Shown here: positions 54,989-64,000 of the stretch, one piece after another
Numbering within the stretch: position 1 is the first letter of the stretch
Layout of the letters: each line of letters starts with the position of its first letter
Origin: Eledone cirrhosa
Taxonomy: Eukaryota
Assembly: GCA_964016885.1 (NCBI GenBank)
Contig: OZ024746.1
Coordinates: 31,744,001 to 31,808,000 of the forward strand
Length of the DNA stretch: 64,000 bases
Direction: 5' to 3'
Notes under the pieces: generated by a model
The model's input: only the letters and a program-made list of their open reading frames with translations
Databases searched by the model: none
What the model was told of the DNA's origin: nothing
Program-made: the position numbers and the translations under genes

Positions 54989-55066
54989 ATTAGTGAAAGT
55001 AGAGAATCTACCGCAAGCTCGGCAGTTTCTCGGAGGTACTAGCCAAAATTCCCTACTTTCACTAAT
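54989..55066. repeat. Small foldback (MITE-like), 19-bp arms
   Basis: ATTAGTGAAAGTAGAGAAT ... ATTCCCTACTTTCACTAAT (18/19 match). Confidence 0.75.
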
Positions 55067-55499
55067 GATATATATGTATATGTACCTCTTGATCAGGATT
55101 GAAACCAAGGCCAGGATATCCACTGTCTCTAGTACCTACCACTAGGCCACAGAGACAACTATGAAAATCTTATGAAAATTCATACTTATAAACCTACTTT
55201 CAAAATTTTCAAAACAAAGTATTGTGGTGTCATTCATGTCTTTCTTAATGGTATTGCTCCTGCTTAAGTTCGACTTCTAAATCATTTAGATGTTCCATAA
55301 ACTACATCCTCGTTTTGTTTCTTATTTATCTAGACTACATTTTAACCTGCAATCCATGTTTCACCCCCCCCCCCCTCTCTTTTTCTCTTTCTCTCTGTGA
55401 TATTTGAATCTACTACGATTTGGGCTTACCTTATTCCTATATATATGTTTTTGCATGTCAGATTCAAAATTACAATGATTGGCATTATATATATATACA

Positions 55500-55743
55500 C
55501 AGTGGCGGACTAGGTCTAAAAATAATATTGGTTGCCAGATGAAGGGGGCCCACCTACATATAGAATGCTATCATTTAATTTTTATAATGAATAAATAACA
55601 TTTTCAAAAAATACATGAGTGGAAACAAAACAGTGCAATCAAATTTTTGCGGAAAGATGTCTTACCTTCTCCAATAAAAAATATTATGTATTTTGCAAAA
55701 TCCAGAGACTTTCAATAATGTCCTTTGGTCTTTCACACTCACT

Positions 55744-55794
<51 letters not shown>

Positions 55795-56141
55795 TATAGT
55801 ATTTACGTATCGAGAAAGAGAAAAAAAGGGGGGATAGGTGATACATATAGTTATTTGCCAAGTAGCGTATGCCAAAGGTGCTCGATACTAGTGCCGGCAG
55901 TATTAAATATTCGAAGTGTTAATATTTAGTGGGCTAGAGAGTTAGCAGAGCGTAAGCACGTGGGAAAGTAAAAAACATCGGAGAATAGACCGTTAAAACA
56001 TGTTTATTTAAAACAGCACCTACGTACGTTTCTGGGCGAAACGTATGTATGTGCTGTTTTAAATAAACATGTTTTAACGGTCTATTCTCCGCTTTTTTAC
56101 TTTCCCACGTATATATATACACATATATATATATATATACA

Positions 56142-56182
<41 letters not shown>

Positions 56183-56705
56183 GTGTGTGTCTGTGTGTGT
56201 GTGTGTATCTATATATATATATATATATAAATATATATATATTTGATATCACCTTCACCACTAATTGATTTGACAGATGTCTTTAATCCATTGATACCAA
56301 ATATTATTTGGTCAGAAGTTTGTGTGTAAGTATATATATATATATATATATGCTTGTGTGTCTGTGTCTATATATGTATGTTTGCATACATGAATAAATA
56401 TACTAAGCTTTAGATTTAGTAGAATGTACAACCACTGATTCCAGCTATTTGCACTATCGTATATTTTGGCTTCTAGTAATTTCCCGGGGAATTGGTTGAT
56501 CAAATGCTTTGCTTAATTGTTTTATTTATTTTTAAAAAAATGTTATTCTTTCTCTTAGATCTCAGGTATTTTTTGAAAGCAAAGCATTGGTCCCTAAAAT
56601 ACTACAGTGGGCCCTGCTATGCTACTGTGGGCTCTTGCAATGCTACTGTGGGCCCTCTTGCAGAGGGCCCACTTGCCATTGGGCAACCTGGCCAGTCCGC
56701 CACTG
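55500..56705. mobile_element. Non-autonomous hAT-like DNA transposon with nested microsatellites and a palindrome
   Basis: Perfect 12-bp TIR CAGTGGCGGACT...AGTCCGCCACTG. The 8-bp flanks TATATACA/TATATATA are low complexity and so weak TSD evidence. Subterminal GGGCCC motifs occur at both ends. Confidence 0.75.
55958..56110. repeat. Near-perfect ~150-bp palindrome with a 5-nt loop
   Basis: Arms 55958-56032 and 56038-56110, loop TGGGC. Confidence 0.93.
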
Positions 56706-56714
56706 TATATATAT

Positions 56715-56893
56715 ATGCACGAATTACATCTTGATTTCATGGGAGAAATGTTGAAATAATTATAATGAATATATATATATAAATTATATATATATATAAT
56801 AACATTAAGAAAGATGCTGATGCTACATAAATTGTTTATTCATTATAATTATTTCAACATTTCTCCCATGAAATCAAGATGTAATTCGTGCAT
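56715..56893. repeat. Inverted repeat with 57-bp arms
   Basis: ATGCACGAATTAC...ATAATGAATA (56715-56771) is the exact reverse complement of 56837-56893 by eye. Confidence 0.92.
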
Positions 56894-57070
56894 TTGTTGT
56901 TGTTACGAGAACGGTATCTTCAGATGAAATTTGATTTTGTCATATGCTGCCGGCAGGAAAAACACGCACTTCTGCTCTCTCTCTCTCTTTTTCTTAGGAG
57001 AAAAAATTGGTTGTGGTCCAACTTGGAGAGGGATGGGCTCTGCCAGGTTTAAAAAAAAAACAAACAAAAG

Positions 57071-57191
<121 letters not shown>

Positions 57192-57194
57192 AGA

Positions 57195-57865
57195 AAAACT
57201 GCTCATTCGAAACCAACTGCGTTGGGCAGGGCATTTAAGGTAGATGGGAGATGAGACGTTAGCTAATGGAATTTGATATGGAAAGTTAACTCTTGGTAAA
57301 TGCTCCAGACACAAACCCAAGAAACGTTTCAAGGATATTGTTAAAGGCAACCTGAAGACTCTTGATATTAATGTTGAGGATTAGGAAGACAAGGCAAAGA
57401 GAAGATCTGGTTGTAGAAGTCTTGTTTATGAGGGTTGTGATCGCTTTGAGGTCAAAGAGATTGAGCATTCAGTGTGTAAAAGAACACCCAGGAAAAGTGA
57501 TGTAGACTCAGTCCTGGAGGATAATCAGTCAGAACATGTCTAAAATCAATGGAAAGGTTATTTTTTCTCAGGCTGGGCTTGCTAGTCATTTAAGAGCTCA
57601 CAGCTATCAGCAGTCTGAGGCCAATTATATAGGTGTCCTCCCTAAAAACCTGCAGGGTATTCGTGTCAGTTTTGTGACAAAGCTTGTAGGTCTGCTGCTG
57701 GACTCAAGCGGCACAGGAGAGTGCATAAAGAGCAAATTACATTCAGGACTATACGGAAGCCTTATATGAGTCACATCTGTAAATGGGTATGCAGGAGTGG
57801 GGCAGGTTTGCAGTGTCATTCGCAGACTCATGGCCATTAAGGTAGATACATCTGCCACTAAGTGT
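57195..57865 (+). mobile_element. Decayed RTE (BovB-like) LINE 3' fragment with C-terminal C2H2 fingers
   Basis: LLIRNQLRWAGHLR*M...YGKLTLGKCSRHKPKKRFKDIVKGNLK with stops, then CQFCDKACRSAAGLKRHRRVH. Confidence 0.8.
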
Positions 57866-58248
57866 TAGTAAGAAGCAAGATATGGTATCTCATATGTTTG
57901 CTCGCATCACATCACCAGTGGCATATCTACATACCAGCATAACTACATCACATAATTCTATGAGCATCTGATGATGTTACATGGAGATTGTCAGTGATGT
58001 AACCATTGCATGATTACATCATTGATGTAACCATGTCATTGAAATATATATTATGTCATAAAATAATCATGTAAATGTAACTCTGCCTTAACACTATTTC
58101 GTAAATGGAAACTCCATCACACTTAATCAGCATTATTTCACTGGGGATACACTACTGACGTGGAGTGCTTTTTGACAGCTTAAAACAGATTAACTTTGTT
58201 GCATTACAATGTAACCTTCACGGATAAACACCCTAATTATCTCCATTA

Positions 58249-58280
<32 letters not shown>

Positions 58281-58370
58281 GTAATAATAATAAATTTGAA
58301 GACTAAAATCCAAAGAGGGCTCAATAAGGATAAATATATATCAAATATATAAGAACCGTAGAGCAAATAT
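58281..58370 (-). repeat. 90-bp dispersed repeat with an inverted partner at 47825-47914
   Basis: See 47825-47914. Confidence 0.9.
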
Positions 58371-58682
58371 TTATTAAAATAACAGATTAAAGTTTAAGCA
58401 AAGAATCGCTGCTTTCACCCTTAATGGGATCTTCTGAATATATATTATCGCCGTATTTTGACTAAAGAAATTAAAGAAGATATTAAAGAAATTATTTAGC
58501 CTGCTAGTGGGGTTAAGAACAAAATAACTTACATGTCTAATAATTTCAAACCTACTCGCTGTTTCGAAAATATTGTTACTTGATATATATATAAGAGAGT
58601 TTAGTGAGTGCAAATATACATATATGTTTAATGTAAATGTAATAGAAATGTGAACGATGTTGTATATTTTTCTTTTCATTAG

Positions 58683-58805
58683 ATATAAATGAATGCAGTT
58701 CAAACGTTCATTATTGTGATGTGAACGCTATCTGTATTAATGTGCCTGGTTATTACAACTGTTCATGCAAAGAAGACTACATTGGAGATGGTTTCATATG
58801 CAACA
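58683..58805 (+). CDS. Coding exon 4: calcium-binding EGF DINECSSNVHYCDVNAICINVPGYYNCSCKEDYIGDGFICN
   Basis: TTTTCTTTTCATTAG acceptor, A|GTAAG donor, 123 nt, phase 1-1, DINEC and CxNxxGxYxCxC consensus. Confidence 0.96.
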
Positions 58806-59556
58806 GTAAGTTTTCTTTTCTTACTTTATTTCATTGGTTTTAGTCAATAGACTGCAGCCATGCTGGAGCATCATGTTGAAGAAATTTTAGTCGATCATAT
58901 CGCCAGGTACTTATTTTAGTGATCTGTTTTTGTCTACACACATACATACTTACTTGATAAACACCATCAATATACTCTGTAAAGTGGTTTATCAATGTAT
59001 GGTAACATATGTAAATGAAATGCAGTCTCCATCCCAGCCCATCTGAAAGGTCAGTGACTCGATTTGTGTACTAACTAGTCTGTAACAACACATCAAACCT
59101 TTGCTAGACAAATGAGGGAGATAATGATATATGTATGTTTGTATGTATGAAAAGTTTATAGGCTGACAAAGATACTTTCATGGAATGGCTGAATGAGATT
59201 TATTTTTCAATATACCCCCCAGAAAGAAACAATGTATGCATGTATGCATGCATGCATGCATGCATGTATGTTAAAGCTACTGTCGCTCAGAGAGTGGGTT
59301 TGGCTCAGGGCACAGTCTTTACTCACTTTAAAAATATCTTCACGCACAGGCATTGCATGATAGAATTAATTAATAATTATTAATAATGGTATATCGTGTA
59401 ATGGCCATACTCGATAACGAGGGGGCAGTCATCATGTATGTATGTGTGCATGTATTGCATGCATGCACGCATGTATATATGTCAATTTGGTTATCTTGTA
59501 TTTATTGTGTTTCTGAACCATTTTCCACTAACTGTATTTATAATTCTATTCCACAG

Positions 59557-59664
59557 AAACCTGCATTGATGATCGTGATTGTATGAACAGCAGTTTCTGC
59601 AGCTTAATGAGTCGACAGTGTGAATGCCTAACTGGTTTCAGAAACGAAGAAGAACTTTGTATTG
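59557..59664 (+). CDS. Coding exon 5: compact six-Cys EGF/EB-like module KTCIDDRDCMNSSFCSLMSRQCECLTGFRNEEELCI
   Basis: TTCTATTCCACAG acceptor, G|GTAAAC donor, 108 nt, phase 1-1. Confidence 0.9.
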
Positions 59665-60639
59665 GTAAACATATCAAACCATCAATTAATTTATCTTTAT
59701 AGTTAATATAAACACTGGTTGACATAATCCCCTCTCCCTTGGTTTTCTTTAGCAAACTTTTCTTGGTTTGTAGACATAATCCACCACCCAGTTTAACATC
59801 ATTATCTGATCCTTGATTGTCTTTAGCAGTACCTACTAAGGTGTTTAACATAATCCAACATCAAGGTTAATAGTTAATATAATTAGTCAAGATCTTTGGA
59901 TTAATTAAAAGTAAAAGAGTTGGTTGTTAGATTGGACTAAAAAAATAATGCCTCCATTGGTCTTTTCATTGCTGATACTAACTGTGGTATTTGAACTTAA
60001 ATCATACAAAACTAGATTAGATACCACAAAGCATCCAGGCTCTTTAAACATTCTATCAATGTATTACTCCGAGACTGGTACTTTATTTACTGAGCCTGAA
60101 AGGATGAAAGACAAAGTTGACCATCGTGGGATTTGAACTTAATGTGCAGTAAACAGGACAAATACTTAGGTATTTAATCTGATACCCTGATGACTCTATT
60201 AATACACTGCCATCGTAAGTGAGAAGAACCAATTCTTCAGCTGTGTCAAAGACATGCCAATCTCTTTACTTTTAGGATTTACATGTAAAACACATGCAGT
60301 ACACTCTGTAAAGTTGTTGGTGATAGGAAAGGCATCCAGCTATAGAAACCTATCAAACAACGATCCAGAGGACATTTTAGCTGTTTCAAAGATATGACAA
60401 TCTCCCTAGTGCTGGTGATCTACATGTTAAACACACCCAGTACATGTTGTAATGTGGTTGGTAATAGGTAGGGTATCCAGCTGTAGAAAACCTGTCTAGT
60501 GCTGGACCACAAAAAAATGTATTTAGTAGAATCTGGGAGTGTATGGAAATAAGGCATGGGCCTCTGACCTTTCTGAGCACTTAGTAGTGTACCAGCACGT
60601 AAGTAGATGTGGACCTCTAGCCAGTCTGAGTACTGACAT

Positions 60640-60913
60640 ATTTTGTGATGAATCATCCAACGCTTGCTAGCAGGCACAAGCTCAGGCAAGGTGTTTTTCT
60701 GTAAGACCAGCAGTCACCCATGCATACCGGTCTCCCCTCTCCATGTCATCGATGTTGTCCAAGGAAAAGGCTGATACAGCTTGGCACCATTTGAATGAAC
60801 TGGAGCAATGTTAAATAAAGCGTCTTGTTGAAGGACACAATGTACTGCTCAGTCCAGGAATCGAACTCACAACCTCCCAATTATGAAACCAATGCTCTAA
60901 CCAGTAAGCCACA
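60640..60913 (-). mobile_element. tRNA-headed SINE
   Basis: Minus strand reads TGTGGCTTACTGGTTAGAGCATTGG...GTGAGTTCGATTCCTGGAC, then CCTTCAACAAGAC.CTTTATTT, as at 46732. Confidence 0.75.
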
Positions 60914-61278
60914 TCTATTCACATACACACACACACACATATAATATATATATTAAGCTGTTGGCATTAGAAGTAAATTGTGAAATCTTTGATTATATCA
61001 AGTCGCATATAAGTCATTTAGACGATATGGTTCAATATATTTTAACGATTTAGTAATCAAACAAACATTCATAGAAAGCACTGTGTTCATAGATGTATAT
61101 CTAAATCTGTTTAATTATAATCCCCAATCATTATCAGAGAATATAATAACAATTGTAAACACATGTTACCTTTTTCTTACCTGGCTGTATGTGTTGCTTC
61201 GATTACAAATACAGATAAGGCAGACATTTAATTATATCCAGCTAAGAAAACAAACAAGAAAACAGATTTTTAGTCTTA

Positions 61279-61407
61279 CATCATCATCATCATCATCATC
61301 GTCGTCATCGTCATCGTCGCCCTCCTCCACCTCCTCCTCCTCCTCGTCATCGTCAGCGTCGTTGTCATCATCATCATCATCATCATCATCAGCATCATCA
61401 TCATCAT
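61279..61407. repeat. (CAT/CGT/CCT)n microsatellite
   Basis: Direct reading of the sequence. Confidence 0.92.
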
Positions 61408-61431
61408 TTTGATGTATGGTTCTTGTTTTAG

Positions 61432-61551
61432 ATATCAATGAATGTGAAGAATTTCAACCATGCCATGAAAAAGCTGATTGTGTCAATGTTGCTGGTTCAT
61501 ACAATTGTAGTTGTGTCCCAGGACATTATGGTAATGGTTACAATTGTACAT
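61432..61551 (+). CDS. Coding exon 6: calcium-binding EGF DINECEEFQPCHEKADCVNVAGSYNCSCVPGHYGNGYNCT
   Basis: TTCTTGTTTTAG acceptor, T|GTAAG donor, 120 nt, phase 1-1, cbEGF consensus. Confidence 0.96.
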
Positions 61552-61708
61552 GTAAGTATACCATTATTATCAGGAACTAATTACTTTGTTAAGCAGTGAA
61601 GTAGCAGAGTCATTAGAACGGCAACTGGAATGCTTTGTGATATTTTTTCTGGTTCTATTTACTCTGTTTAAATTCTGTTGAGGTCAACTTTGCTTTTCAT
61701 CTCTCCAA

Positions 61709-62010
61709 TCTTCTTCTTCTTCTTCTTCTTCTTCTTCTTCTTCTTCTTCTTCTTCTTCTTCTTCTTCTTCTTCTTCTTCTTCTTCTTCTTCTTCTTCTTC
61801 ACCCACTTATTCCTGAGAGGGTCATGGGGGCAGAGTCCTCAAACACTCCTTCCAGTGGGTCCTGTCAGAAGCAACCCGTCTCCAACTGAACTGACTGGAT
61901 CCCCAAGCATGACAAGCCAAGCTTATGGGTGTTATCCAACCATCTTGCCTGGGTCTCTTGCCGGCTGGTTTTGCCTATAAAATCTGTCCAGCGAGTCTTT
62001 CCTGAAGCAA
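61709..62010 (-). mobile_element. RTE-type LINE 3' end with a (GAA)n tail, inserted into a + strand SINE (~61592-61708 and ~62011-62055)
   Basis: Minus translation LGIQSVQLET/VASDRTHWKECLRTLPP*, followed by ~30 GAA. The SINE motif GAGGTCAACTTTGCTTTTCATC precedes the insertion and GATAAATAAAATACCAGT follows it. Confidence 0.65.
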
Positions 62011-62784
62011 TGTTGATAAATAAAATACCAGTTTAATATGGGGGTCAATTCTTCCTCTGTACTCCCTTCTCCCCCCTCTCTCTCTCTCGCTCTCTCTCTC
62101 TCAGTATTTCTCTGGTAATGTTTGGTTATGTTCTGACATAGAGAGAAATAGACTCTACCAGGTTGAAATACCCAAGACATGCTGTATGTCACAACAGCAT
62201 TCGTGTGACTCTACCAGGAGTTAAGGGACTATGGAATGACATGATTGCTTCACTAAGGTGATTTACTCCTTCCACTGTGATCATAAACTTCCATCACAAA
62301 AAATAGAACCTCAGATTTCTACATATCCAACAGACAGCTATTACTCAAGAAAGTTTTGTGGATAATCCACATAATTCTTTTCTAAGATCCAGTCTTCAAC
62401 AATGTAACAGTGAAGAAAATAATGATAATTTGTTTTTTGTTTGCTACAAGGGCCCATTCATACATTTAGATTTTATAAAATTTATAATCAAGAGTACTTT
62501 GTATTTTCATTGAAGTCTGCAAGATGTTTTGATCTCCATGGGTTGGGTAGCAGAGAGCAGACAAGGCAATACTATTTCATAGTCTGGTTTGCTTTTCTAT
62601 AGCTGGTTGAGCTAATCCTGTAGCTTCTTCTGATCAAACCAGCTTTTGATCACCAATAGTAATTTTATGGCCATTTTTCTCGCTAAAGTAGGGGTAGGCC
62701 TTGCAGACCCTCTGACATGTGCTCCTTTTTGAGGCAAAGTTTTATAGCTGGATGGTCTATTAGTTGTCTCTTACAACATGCAAG

Positions 62785-62970
62785 GATACAGTGTGTCTAC
62801 TGTAAACCAGATACATCAGGTATACAGTGTACCTATTGTAAACTAGATATATACAGGAATACAGTGTACATATTCTAAACTGGGTACATGCAAGTATTCA
62901 GTGTACCTATTATAAATTTGGTACATACAGAGATACGGTGTACCTAGTCTAAACTGGGTATATACAGTCA
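62785..62970. repeat. Degenerate ~35-37-bp tandem repeat (ATACAGTGTACCTATT.TAAACT.G.TAC), ~5 copies
   Basis: Direct reading of the sequence. Confidence 0.7.
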
Positions 62971-63051
62971 TAATTTGAAGGTAATTGTGATATATTGACT
63001 GCTAATAATTGTTGTGATTTCTATTCCTGTGGTAATGGTTTCAATCTCCAG

Positions 63052-63155
63052 CAACACCACCTGATTGTCAAGAAGTCCTAAACAGAAATAAAACCAGAAC
63101 ATCGGGATATTATCTCATAGATCCTGATATTTCTGGACCAATGGAAGCAATTGAG
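63052..63155 (+). CDS. Coding exon 7: start of a fibrinogen-C/Caspr-like domain STPPDCQEVLNRNKTRTSGYYLIDPDISGPMEAIE (gene continues beyond window)
   Basis: TTTCAATCTCCAG acceptor in phase 1, matching exon 6, and GAG|GTGAG donor in phase 0. The DC.E....SG.Y.IDPD..GP motif is typical of the N-terminus of fibrinogen-like domains in Caspr/neurexin IV and of collagen COLFI domains. Confidence 0.88.
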
Positions 63156-64000
63156 GTGAGTTTTCATTTTCAAATATCAGGTGTTATCTTTAAATGGAAA
63201 CATTTGTGATATTTTTAACTGTTGGTCAATCAATGATAAACATTGATTGCCAGCTGAATTATTTATAGAAATATAAAAATATACTGAAGCGAAAACCAAA
63301 GAAAACAGTGAGTGTGTTTTACTATATTTTTCTGACAATATTAGGACATGACCCTCCCCAAATATAACAATTTTTGATATTGTTTAAACCAGTGGTTCCT
63401 AAATTTATTCATACAAAAAAACAAATACATAATAAAATTTTATTAAAAGACACCTTATCTTATAGAAACTCAGGATTTTTTTTTATGGAACCCTAGTGTA
63501 CCTTGGAACTGACTTCAGGAAACACAAGTTTAAATCCAGGCTATCCCTTATCAAGAAGAGTAATGATAAAGCTGTTCCATTCCTGACCATCAAATCTTTT
63601 CATTTGATTATTATGTATTCATTATCCGATATATTCCTTTAAAAATATTAGGATGATATTTGAGGAAGATTTAGCTACTATTTCTAGCATATTAAACGAC
63701 CAATGTAGAGGTAGGAGGGGTGTATGCATATGTTTCACTGTTATTACTGATTGTCAGCATTCTCTTTCTTACATTCAGATGCCAAAGTAGGAAAGACACT
63801 AAAGTCTTATAGATTTTGTAAGCAAATTATTCTTATTGAAGACATATTTACATCTAGTGTAAGCTTGACTAGTTAGTATTAACTAGCAATAGCACTAACG
63901 CAACGTGATTCTAAATAAAAGCATATGTGGGAACAGCTACAATGTTTATGTATAATAAACATACATATTGTTTTATTGTGAATATTTAAAGCTGTGATAT

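Noticed and set aside
63389-63530. Possible hAT-type MITE starting CAGTGGTTCC
   Set aside because: The right TIR is too degenerate and there is no clear TSD.

Overview
Eukaryotic (animal) genomic DNA, AT-rich. The tRNA-derived SINEs, RTE LINE remnants and dense microsatellites resemble a coleoid cephalopod (Octopus-like) genome; this is an inference. Bases 1-40168 are the right end of a highly homogeneous satellite array of about 59 monomers. Each monomer is a ~437-bp core plus 1-6 copies of a ~103-bp sub-repeat, with local higher-order repeats. Bases ~40170-64000 are repeat-rich single-copy DNA holding the 5' part of a + strand spliced gene that the ORF track misses. I assembled seven GT-AG coding exons encoding a signal peptide, five EGF-type modules (two calcium-binding) and the start of a fibrinogen/Caspr-like domain; the gene continues past the window. 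Its introns contain a minimal type I hammerhead ribozyme inside a long inverted repeat, further foldback elements (one built from hammerhead 3' halves), and a 65-bp minisatellite amplified inside a TTAA-flanked piggyBac-type element. Several MITEs, SINEs and LINE fragments are also present. No prokaryotic features, CRISPR array, rRNA or intact tRNA genes were found. All coordinates and counts were made by hand, and repeat boundaries are approximate.
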